From a virus: a stretch of DNA of 64,000 nt. A program made the translations under genes and the position numbers. Positions 16,781 to 24,616 of the stretch are shown here, piece after piece. The notes beneath the pieces were generated by a model, which saw only the letters and a list, made by a program, of their open reading frames with translations, did no database searches and was not told the DNA's origin. The number at the start of each line of letters is the position of its first letter. The stretch's first letter is position 1. The DNA lies in the IMG/VR virus record IMGVR_UViG_3300025009_000080, positions 1 through 64,000 of that record; one strand, written 5' to 3'.

Positions 16781-18142
16781 ATGAAATTAACAAATCTTAA
16801 ATTAAAAAACTTTGTGTTTCAGGAAGTCGAAGTATCATTCGACCCCAATGTAACCTACATGATCGGAAAGAACGGATCGGGGAAATCAACAGTCGGACTT
16901 ACTGCTTTATGGGCATTGTTTCAGGGCATTGCTGAAAAAAGCAAGAAAGCTCTTATCGGGGAACGTTTCCGGTTTATCGGAGATTACGGTAGCACCGCTA
17001 CTATTGAACTTACTATGTACGACGAAAAACTGGATTGTGAAATCAAAGTGTTCCGAAAAATAACCAAGGACACCACGATTCTCACCTTTCAGGCTCCCGA
17101 AGGAATGGAACTTGGTCAGAGTTGGTTGGATGAACTGTTCAACCTGTTTTTGATTAACCCAAAGGCATTTACCCGTATGTCAGCAAAAGAACAGGCACTT
17201 GCACTCGGTATTGATACCAGTGAATACGATACTGAGCTTAAATCCCTGAGAAGCGACCTGAGTACTAAAAGGAATACTTTAAAAACCATTACCGAAAGTA
17301 TCGCTATGACCTGCCCGAATGGTGTACCGGAAAACCTGCCAGTTGTTATTGACATTGAGTCTATCCGTAAAAAGAAAGCCGACGTTGAAGAGCAGAATCG
17401 TAAGGCATACGAAGCGCACCGCAAAGCAGAGGACGAAATCCGGGCAAACACCTTGCAACACAATTCTATTCAGGAAACCAATCGGGCGGCAAGAATTGCA
17501 ATAGAAATCACCATTGCAAAACTAAAAACCGAATTAGCAGAAGCGGAGGATAAACTAAAAACTATCCCCGAACCCCTCACGCTTATTGATGTCCCTGAAT
17601 ACACCGAAATTCAGCCGGCTGACACCAGTGTTTACGACACAGAACTTGACACCGCTATCGCTAACAACGCAGAGGTGCAAAAGTACGCATCGGTATCAAA
17701 CCTTTTGAGTCAAAAAGCCGAAGCTGAAAAGCAAATTGCTGATTTACTTACTAAGGGTAAAGATAAAGCCGCTAAACGCACTGAGTATATTCAGAAGCAC
17801 AAACTACCACTCCCTGAATTATCTATCAATGAGGACGGAGAATTACTATTCAGAGACCGCCCTATCTCTCCAATGCACTTCTCTTCAGGAGAAATCGTAA
17901 AGTTAATCCCGGTCATTCAGGCTGCTTTGAATCCTGACTTAAAGTTTGTATTTTTACAGGACTTTAACGATTTGGATGACGAAAACCGTGAGGTTATTAT
18001 TAACTACCTTACAAAACAAGGCTTCCAGGTATTGATTGAAATGGTTGGCACGGAAAAAGTAACGGGAAAACACACAATTTTGCTTAAAGGTGGCAAAGTT
18101 GTTGAGGATTACTCAGAAGAAAACTCAGAATCAATCGTATAG
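16781..18142 (+). CDS. SMC/Rad50-like ABC ATPase
   Basis: Walker A GKNGSGKS, coiled coil, signature-like FSSGE, degenerate Walker B VFLQD. Confidence 0.85.
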   Translation: MKLTNLKLKNFVFQEVEVSFDPNVTYMIGKNGSGKSTVGLTALWALFQGIAEKSKKALIGERFRFIGDYGSTATIELTMYDEKLDCEIKVFRKITKDTTILTFQAPEGMELGQSWLDELFNLFLINPKAFTRMSAKEQALALGIDTSEYDTELKSLRSDLSTKRNTLKTITESIAMTCPNGVPENLPVVIDIESIRKKKADVEEQNRKAYEAHRKAEDEIRANTLQHNSIQETNRAARIAIEITIAKLKTELAEAEDKLKTIPEPLTLIDVPEYTEIQPADTSVYDTELDTAIANNAEVQKYASVSNLLSQKAEAEKQIADLLTKGKDKAAKRTEYIQKHKLPLPELSINEDGELLFRDRPISPMHFSSGEIVKLIPVIQAALNPDLKFVFLQDFNDLDDENREVIINYLTKQGFQVLIEMVGTEKVTGKHTILLKGGKVVEDYSEENSESIV

Positions 18143-18143
18143 T

Positions 18144-18521
18144 ATGACAACGCTAAGGATTAAAAGGACAAAACGTGGCTACACTACCCCGGTGGTAAAC
18201 GTAACAAGCGGGAACCATAAGGGAAAACCGTGTAAGTACATCTACTTTTACAAAGTTGCTGTTGAGTTGGCACTTATTGAACCCGGTTATCAGGCTGCAT
18301 TCAGTGTTGAAGCCGGTCAGTTAAGTGTAACACTCGCAGCCCCTGATACAGTACTTGAAAACAGTATCACGTTTCAGGTGAACTCAAAGTGGGGTAACAA
18401 CGTCCTAATCCTTAAAAGTATTCAACTCGCAGGGCAGATCAATGATGGTCTGTACCTGCTTGGAGAAGGTAAAATGCAGCAAGAAAGTATTATTCACCCA
18501 TTAACACCTATAACACAATGA
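18144..18521 (+). CDS. hypothetical protein
   Basis: Probable start MTTLRI at 18144. Confidence 0.6.
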   Translation: MTTLRIKRTKRGYTTPVVNVTSGNHKGKPCKYIYFYKVAVELALIEPGYQAAFSVEAGQLSVTLAAPDTVLENSITFQVNSKWGNNVLILKSIQLAGQINDGLYLLGEGKMQQESIIHPLTPITQ

Positions 18522-18739
18522 ATGAATTAAGAGCAGCAGCAGCAGCACAACCAGAGCACCTATCAGTAGCAATGCAATTTGCAAATGAAATGATTGACAG
18601 GTTTGACCCAGAAGTACAAAATGAGGTACTGGTTAAGATTAAAGAATTGTTTTTCCGGCAACGTGAAAAACAGATCACAGAATTAACTGAACGCATTGAT
18701 CGCTTAAAATCTTGTCTTGATAATTTAAGCAATATCTAA
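18518..18739 (+). CDS. hypothetical protein
   Basis: ATGA overlap. Confidence 0.6.
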   Translation: MNELRAAAAAQPEHLSVAMQFANEMIDRFDPEVQNEVLVKIKELFFRQREKQITELTERIDRLKSCLDNLSNI

Positions 18740-18761
18740 ACCCACTAACACCTATAAAACA

Positions 18762-19025
18762 ATGAAAATAGAAAAAGAAATAATCGACCAAATGGAATCG
18801 TGTGACGCTTATTTTATGATTGGAGTGAGAGATAAAATCCACTTTACTTCTATTGGCAGCACACACACAGACGACACGAAGACAATGCATCACTTAGTAC
18901 AAGGAATGCTTGGAAGTGTAGATGACATTATTAAGAGCAAGAAACAGGGTAACGGAATGGTATTAATGGTATTTGCATATAAGGCAGCTAAGACTATATT
19001 AAAAGATTTCCTCACTAACACTTAA
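18762..19025 (+). CDS. hypothetical protein
   Basis: In operon. Confidence 0.6.
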   Translation: MKIEKEIIDQMESCDAYFMIGVRDKIHFTSIGSTHTDDTKTMHHLVQGMLGSVDDIIKSKKQGNGMVLMVFAYKAAKTILKDFLTNT

Positions 19026-19036
19026 AATAAAACGCA

Positions 19037-19417
19037 ATGAAACAAACCTATGAAATGATCGGGAATGTGAAAATGATTTCAGATCCCAAAACCTTTGGCG
19101 AAAAAACAGAACTCGTTGAAGTAATCCTTGAAACAGGAGACGCAAAGTGGAAGGAATATCCCAAGTTCCAGTTCCGAAATATGTTTATGAAAAAGGTTGA
19201 AGGGACATCGGTTGGAGACCGTGTTGTAATCAGCTTTGGAATCTCAGGGCGTATGTCAGAAGCCGGTGACAACTCTTACATCAACCTGAATGCCTTTGGA
19301 ATGACAAAAATTGAAGAGGCAGAACCAAAAGGCAAGGAAATGAGTCCGCCACCACCAGATGATGAGGGTTTTACCCAAAATCCGCCACCACCAGATGAAG
19401 AGGGATTGCCGTTCTGA
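19037..19417 (+). CDS. DUF3127-like single-stranded DNA-binding protein
   Basis: EYPKFQF...VGDRVVISFGISGR...YINLNAF; acidic tail ending LPF. Confidence 0.8.
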   Translation: MKQTYEMIGNVKMISDPKTFGEKTELVEVILETGDAKWKEYPKFQFRNMFMKKVEGTSVGDRVVISFGISGRMSEAGDNSYINLNAFGMTKIEEAEPKGKEMSPPPPDDEGFTQNPPPPDEEGLPF

Positions 19418-19418
19418 T

Positions 19419-19829
19419 ATGATGCGCCCCGACACATTCCCGTACAAAGTCCCTACTGACCTGATCTGTATGCAGACAGGTAAAGAGCGAATACCAATTT
19501 TCACTATTTGCAGCAGGGCATTTGGTACTACGACTGATAAGGCTATGTCAAAATCAAGAAGGACACCTGATATGCTTGCCCGGCACAGCGCAAGGTACTT
19601 TTACCACTTGCTTATTAAGTGCTATATGGAGATGGAGCGCAAGGGAATCGGAGACCATGCTACAATAATGCACAGCACATCTGTAATTTACGACTTACTG
19701 AACACAAAAAATGTTCACAAGGAAGTAATCAGGAGGCTTGAAATGGAATTTTTAGCAGAAGTACGCAGATTTGACCACCGGAGAAAAATCATAACCCACA
19801 GAATTAAGAAATGTCAATCCGCAAAATAG
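19419..19829 (+). CDS. DnaA domain IV-like HTH protein
   Basis: SKSR...ARH...DHATIMHS resembles the DnaA C-terminal RDHTTVxHA motif. Confidence 0.55.
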   Translation: MMRPDTFPYKVPTDLICMQTGKERIPIFTICSRAFGTTTDKAMSKSRRTPDMLARHSARYFYHLLIKCYMEMERKGIGDHATIMHSTSVIYDLLNTKNVHKEVIRRLEMEFLAEVRRFDHRRKIITHRIKKCQSAK

Positions 19830-20341
19830 ATAAAATTCCAACTGATTTTCAGTTTCAGGAATTTGCCGATTTTCTCTCAACAGGAAAGTCCAAACCTGCA
19901 AACAAAAACAAGCCCGTGGCTATATACTTGTTAAGGCATAATAATTATGCTGCATATCGGGTAGATGAAATGGCAGCAGACCTGAAAACGATTCTCAGTT
20001 ACAGGGTTTTATTTACAAAACTATTGGATTCATACACAAAATACGCACGGATAGGAGCCAAGATCGAGTACGTTAACGATATGTCAGCAGATGGACTGAA
20101 ACGGGTTATCCAAGACACCGTTGTTGACGTACTCCTTGACTTCTTCTCAGATAAAGCATTCGCAAAGATTATTGCGGAGTATTTTGACAAATCAATGTAT
20201 GCAAGCGTATCAAAAGCACTACTTGACCTCATGCCAAGTAACCGACAGAAATTCCAAGCTATGCGCAAACAAGCATATATAAACCGATCCAAACGCAAAA
20301 AAGATGGCGATACTAAAACTAAGCAGGGAGCAACTAAGTAA
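19811..20341 (+). CDS. hypothetical protein
   Basis: In operon. Confidence 0.65.
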   Translation: MSIRKIDKIPTDFQFQEFADFLSTGKSKPANKNKPVAIYLLRHNNYAAYRVDEMAADLKTILSYRVLFTKLLDSYTKYARIGAKIEYVNDMSADGLKRVIQDTVVDVLLDFFSDKAFAKIIAEYFDKSMYASVSKALLDLMPSNRQKFQAMRKQAYINRSKRKKDGDTKTKQGATK

Positions 20342-20759
20342 ACTTGGCGTTGATGCGCCAAAACCGGATAAAAAACAACCTCATGTAAGGGTAAGGGACC
20401 AGGCATGGCGTGAAATCGGTGGTGTAAAGAAGTTTTATCGTAGCAAATGGGAGGCTAATTTCGCCCGTTACCTTCAGTTCTTACAGGAACACGGGAATAT
20501 TGAAAAGTGGGAACACGAACCCTCTACGTTCTACTTTGAGAATATCAAAAGAGGCACTACGAACTATAAACCCGATTTCCTGATAACCCGAAAGGGAGTA
20601 GTGGAGGTAATTGAAGTTAAAGGCTATATGGATGCAAAATCCGCTACTAAAATCAAACGATTTAAGAAATACTACCCTGAGTATCCATTTACCCTTATTG
20701 ATGCTGCATGGTTTGGGAAAAACGCTAACCTGAAACACATTATTAAAGGGTGGGAATAA
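20304..20759 (+). CDS. PD-(D/E)XK endonuclease (DUF1064-like)
   Basis: RSKWEANFA...YKPDF...IEVKG. Confidence 0.85.
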   Translation: MAILKLSREQLSKLGVDAPKPDKKQPHVRVRDQAWREIGGVKKFYRSKWEANFARYLQFLQEHGNIEKWEHEPSTFYFENIKRGTTNYKPDFLITRKGVVEVIEVKGYMDAKSATKIKRFKKYYPEYPFTLIDAAWFGKNANLKHIIKGWE

Positions 20760-20830
20760 CGTTGGTGCTATGAGCAGGTTTGTGTTGCGCCTGCGGCAAA
20801 CTTGCTTATAGCACGTGTTACTGGCTGGCT
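20757..20830. other. attC-like imperfect inverted repeat 2
   Basis: TAAC-GTTG-GTGCTAT-GAGCAG-GTTTG...CAAAC-TTGCTT-ATAGCAC-GT-GTTA; same geometry as 1341-1435. Confidence 0.7.
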
Positions 20831-21409
20831 CGGTTTATCAGTAGGAACTTTAAAAATAACAAAATGAATAAGTACAAAGAAATTGAATTTGGGTTCGGAA
20901 ATATCGAATCAGCAGTAAAAGAACTGAAAAGCCATAACGAATTAGTGTGTGGCTCATTTAATGGTCAAATGTTGTATTCTGACATTGACGATGTAGATTC
21001 AGCTTATGTAAAGATTACAGGCAAAACAAAAGAAGAATGTGACGAAGCCGAAAGAATTAGACACGAAGAATACGAGGAACAACAAAGAAAGCACAAAGAA
21101 GCTATTCCCAAACTTACAAAAGAATGGATTGAAAAAGGCAATACCATTTTAGACGAAAAGTATTGTGAATTATGGGCTAAATGTGTTCCTATTAGACTTG
21201 ATGATTTGTATCAAGGAATGGAATTAGGTAACTGCCTTGAAATAGTTGAACAGTTGAATAACGGCAAAACGGTTGAAGAAGTAAAACCGCTTATTGAAAA
21301 TCAAGGTCATTCAGGAATGTCTTTTGGCTTGGTTTGTTCAATGATAAAATCTTTCTGTGATAGAGGTGAGGAATTTGTCAATTATGCACGGTCGTAGCCT
21401 TGCAGGTAA
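20760..21409. mobile_element. integron-like gene cassette 2
   Basis: Hairpin, GTTACTGGCTGGCT, single ORF, partly complementary AGCCTTGCAGGTAAC, then the shared flanking motif. Confidence 0.6.
20864..21397 (+). CDS. conserved phage hypothetical protein (cassette cargo)
   Basis: Probable start MNKYKE at 20864; DLYQGMEL...QGHSGMSFGLV. Confidence 0.8.
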   Translation: MNKYKEIEFGFGNIESAVKELKSHNELVCGSFNGQMLYSDIDDVDSAYVKITGKTKEECDEAERIRHEEYEEQQRKHKEAIPKLTKEWIEKGNTILDEKYCELWAKCVPIRLDDLYQGMELGNCLEIVEQLNNGKTVEEVKPLIENQGHSGMSFGLVCSMIKSFCDRGEEFVNYARS

Positions 21410-21429
21410 CGTGTCGATAGACGCAAGTT
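21407..21429 (-). other. attI-like cassette flanking site 2
   Basis: Minus strand AACTTGCGTCTA-TCGACAC-GTTA. Confidence 0.6.
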
Positions 21430-21480
21430 CAGTATGCGCTATTCGATTAAAACTTTAAATAAACAACATAACAAACTGAC

Positions 21481-21720
21481 ATGGACACATTTATCGAACT
21501 CTATCACAAAGCACCAAGACAGCGCAAACCAACCCGTGTGGTAATGGCTGCAAAAGACATTGAAAACGCAATGACAATACTCAGAAAGACATTCCCTAAA
21601 GAGGTTTGGTATAGTATCTATGTAGTAAAGTGGCAGTACGTAGATAAGGATTACGCGGAAGCAGTTATTGAATCGCAGCGGAAGGATAAGGAGCTTTTAA
21701 ACGGAGTGGATCATGGCTAA
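21481..21720 (+). CDS. hypothetical protein
   Basis: In operon. Confidence 0.6.
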   Translation: MDTFIELYHKAPRQRKPTRVVMAAKDIENAMTILRKTFPKEVWYSIYVVKWQYVDKDYAEAVIESQRKDKELLNGVDHG

Positions 21721-21904
21721 CTATAAGGATAACCACGGTACTGAGTACGACCGAATGTTAAGCAAATTTGGGAAGAAACGATTAATCCAAATGTATAAAA
21801 ACGCTGTTATGGAGCGTGAAGAACTCCGGAAACAGATAGCGGATATGACTATTGACTCTATTGATAGCGTGAAATTAAACCGATTAATAAAAAAAGATGA
21901 ATAA
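21713..21904 (+). CDS. hypothetical protein
   Basis: In operon. Confidence 0.6.
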   Translation: MANYKDNHGTEYDRMLSKFGKKRLIQMYKNAVMEREELRKQIADMTIDSIDSVKLNRLIKKDE

Positions 21905-21908
21905 TAAC

Positions 21909-21953
21909 TTGACAACGGTATTTCAATGTTGTAATATTGTACCGTTATACAAC
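21909..21953 (+). promoter_or_regulatory. promoter TTGACA-N17-TAATATTG with operator motif copy 2
   Basis: TTGACA 21909-21914; TGTTGTAATATTGTACCGTTATACAAC 21927-21953. Confidence 0.75.
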
Positions 21954-21971
21954 ACTTAATTTTAAGACACC

Positions 21972-22856
21972 ATGGCAAAAGAATTTAAAACCAGTTACCA
22001 GTACAAAAACGAAAAGATCGAAAAGTTGGAAGCCGAAATAGTCCGGCTAACCTCCCTCTATGAAACCGAGTTTAAGACAAAAAAGGAACTTGAAAAAGAC
22101 TGCAAATTACTATCAGATCAGGCAAAAATACATAAAAGGTTACTTAATGACTTTTTGGGTGAAGTAAGTAAATTAACCTGTGTTGTTGAAGAACAACGTG
22201 TAACGATTAACCGGCTTAATATTGAGATTACTAAGACAAAAGAAGTACATAGTAAACCATGGTTATTTAATGAAGACCTAAGTGCTTTCGCAAACGACCA
22301 CAAGATAAAAACTCCTGAATGGGACAATACCTTTAAAACGTATTTAAAGAACCTATACGGTAAGCCGCAGGAACTCGAAGATTATGCCAAACAAAAATTC
22401 TCTAATATGGTTGCTAAAGCAAAGCAATACAAAGCCGAAATCAACCGAATGATAGCGGAACGGCAGCAAAAGGAAGAGACCTGTTACGGGTGCGCAAATT
22501 GGAATATCAACGACACCACAACGGACTGCGAAGGCTGCAAATACAACGCACTTTTACCCAATGACCTACCTTTGAAGTGGAAGCAAAAGGAAGACCAGGA
22601 TAAGGTTTGTTATAATTGTGATGCTTGGGATGATATAGGTAAACCCGAACCCGAACTAATCCCGTTCGATAACAGCGAACTAAAAACCCTTGTCGGGAAA
22701 ACTATTGTCAATTCATCAAATCCTGACAGGGTTTGCATTATTACCGGGACGTGGGGAAATGGTTGTGTTGAATGTGGTAAGATGATTGTATCGAGCGAAA
22801 CCCTTGTTAAGTACTGGCTATTGGACGGTAAACCCTGTGGAAAGGAGAAGGTATGA
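21972..22856 (+). CDS. coiled-coil protein with CxxC motifs
   Basis: Heptad-rich N-terminus; CYGC, CEGC, CYNC. Confidence 0.7.
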   Translation: MAKEFKTSYQYKNEKIEKLEAEIVRLTSLYETEFKTKKELEKDCKLLSDQAKIHKRLLNDFLGEVSKLTCVVEEQRVTINRLNIEITKTKEVHSKPWLFNEDLSAFANDHKIKTPEWDNTFKTYLKNLYGKPQELEDYAKQKFSNMVAKAKQYKAEINRMIAERQQKEETCYGCANWNINDTTTDCEGCKYNALLPNDLPLKWKQKEDQDKVCYNCDAWDDIGKPEPELIPFDNSELKTLVGKTIVNSSNPDRVCIITGTWGNGCVECGKMIVSSETLVKYWLLDGKPCGKEKV

Positions 22857-23665
22857 AAGCACTACTTATTATTATGTTAATGCCATTGTTCGCAATGGGA
22901 CAGGTGCAACCTAAACCAAAAACCACCTATACTGTCAAGTATTGCGTTAGACATCTTGTACAAGATCCATGTCCTGATGCTGTAAAAAAAGACAAATTTG
23001 GCAGGAAGTCATCCAACTATGGTTGTTGTTTGGTGTTTCATTGTCATGCCGAACTATCATGTGATAGTGCTATTTTTACCAACAGGGTTGAGGCATTTGA
23101 TTTTTGCAATGAGGCAGCGAATGACGAAACCGGGGATATTGCCAGTGTTGTAATTGATAGTATGTCAATACCGATTAAAACTAAAATAGGCATTGGCAGC
23201 AAGATAAGCGATTCGGTAAACACAGTTGGGTCTCAGTTAATTATACGAGACTCAAAGAACTATATATTTGGATACCCGATCCCACCGGATCAAAAATTGA
23301 CGTTAAATAAAATTTGTAGTCCCGAAATAGATACGATAACATCAGGACAAAAGACGGTTGTTACTCATTCCCAATACGATACAATCAGGAATATAACAAT
23401 TGTTACTAACTCAAATAAGAGCGGAGAAGGCACCCTTGATAATATCTTTTCTCAGTCCTTAGTGAGGCTTTATAGGCAGTACAAAGCAGAATGCTACAAT
23501 GATAGCACACTCCAAACGGTATATAAAGACCACAATCAAATAACTATCCATCCGGGCGGAGGGTGTAGCTCTACATTAATGGCGCCTATCCCAGCCAAAA
23601 GATGGGTACACAAAACCCCAACCTTTGAGGGCTTTATGGAATGGATTGAGAAAAATAATCGTTAA
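22853..23665 (+). CDS. secreted Cys-rich hypothetical protein
   Basis: Signal MKALLIIMLMPLFAMG|Q; six D(S/T)-sequons. Confidence 0.75.
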   Translation: MKALLIIMLMPLFAMGQVQPKPKTTYTVKYCVRHLVQDPCPDAVKKDKFGRKSSNYGCCLVFHCHAELSCDSAIFTNRVEAFDFCNEAANDETGDIASVVIDSMSIPIKTKIGIGSKISDSVNTVGSQLIIRDSKNYIFGYPIPPDQKLTLNKICSPEIDTITSGQKTVVTHSQYDTIRNITIVTNSNKSGEGTLDNIFSQSLVRLYRQYKAECYNDSTLQTVYKDHNQITIHPGGGCSSTLMAPIPAKRWVHKTPTFEGFMEWIEKNNR

Positions 23666-23684
23666 TACTTTAAAATAAAAACCC

Positions 23685-23909
23685 ATGGAATTTAAAGAAG
23701 AACACCTTAAAGAAGGGAATATACTTATTGTGCAAGAATCAGAACCCCTTTACTCCCGTCCATTTAAAACAAGGATTATTGAAGTTACAAAAAACTCTAT
23801 TTTGTATAGTAACGAAGATATGCCGGGAAAACCCATCCTGAGACATACAATAGGAAAATTCTTGAATTGCTTCAGGTTGATAGAGTGGATTGAAGGGAAA
23901 CCAAAATGA
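23685..23909 (+). CDS. hypothetical protein
   Basis: In operon. Confidence 0.6.
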   Translation: MEFKEEHLKEGNILIVQESEPLYSRPFKTRIIEVTKNSILYSNEDMPGKPILRHTIGKFLNCFRLIEWIEGKPK

Positions 23910-24406
23910 TACGCAGACGGAAACCCCTTAAACGCACTCCAATAAAGCGCAAGAAGCCTGTCGTTAAAAAAACGAAGTCAGACCTTACCCCCCTTCAGAT
24001 TGATCGGCAAAGGCACGTTTTTGACATTCAGATTGCAGAAACAATCTGGAATAAGCGGTTTGAATTCGATAACGAAGGTAACAAAGTCAGAAGGTGTGCT
24101 GAATGTAAGCACGTAATTCACCCTCCCTGGCGCAAACATAATTTCTCCCATGTACTGGTTAAGAAAACGTATAAGAAGATCCGGTACATTGAATTAAATA
24201 TTGACCTGATATGCTGGGACTGCCACCAAAAGTGGGAGTTTGGTGACATGATTGGCATGAAAATCTACGACATTGACAAAATAAACCTTCTCAGGGCATT
24301 AGACAGAGCTATCCCGAAATTCTTTGAAGAAGATCAGTTATTCCTGTATAACAGAACCCTTAATGACGAATATAGCAGAGACGGGTGTTATAGTGTATTG
24401 AAATAA
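23906..24406 (+). CDS. HNH-like zinc-binding nuclease
   Basis: CAEC...FSHVL...NIDLICWDCHQKWE. Confidence 0.75.
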   Translation: MIRRRKPLKRTPIKRKKPVVKKTKSDLTPLQIDRQRHVFDIQIAETIWNKRFEFDNEGNKVRRCAECKHVIHPPWRKHNFSHVLVKKTYKKIRYIELNIDLICWDCHQKWEFGDMIGMKIYDIDKINLLRALDRAIPKFFEEDQLFLYNRTLNDEYSRDGCYSVLK

Positions 24407-24585
24407 ACCTCTATTTCATCCTGAGATGTGATTCGTTTCATCTCCAAAAGGCAGGAAGTCGCTATATCTTTGATTTCCTGTCTTTTTGTTTCTACCTGAT
24501 CGTCTTTTACGTCTTCCCAGACAGGTAGTTCTGCTATGCCACTACCCATATTAGTAGAGACAACTCTTGCACTCACTATTAACAT
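24388..24585 (-). CDS. hypothetical protein, last of the late operon
   Basis: Follows the fibre gene; converges with the early/middle genes. Confidence 0.5.
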   Translation of the reverse strand: MLIVSARVVSTNMGSGIAELPVWEDVKDDQVETKRQEIKDIATSCLLEMKRITSQDEIEVYFNTL

Positions 24586-24616
24586 AGTAAGAAAATTAAA
24601 GGGTGAATAAATAGAT

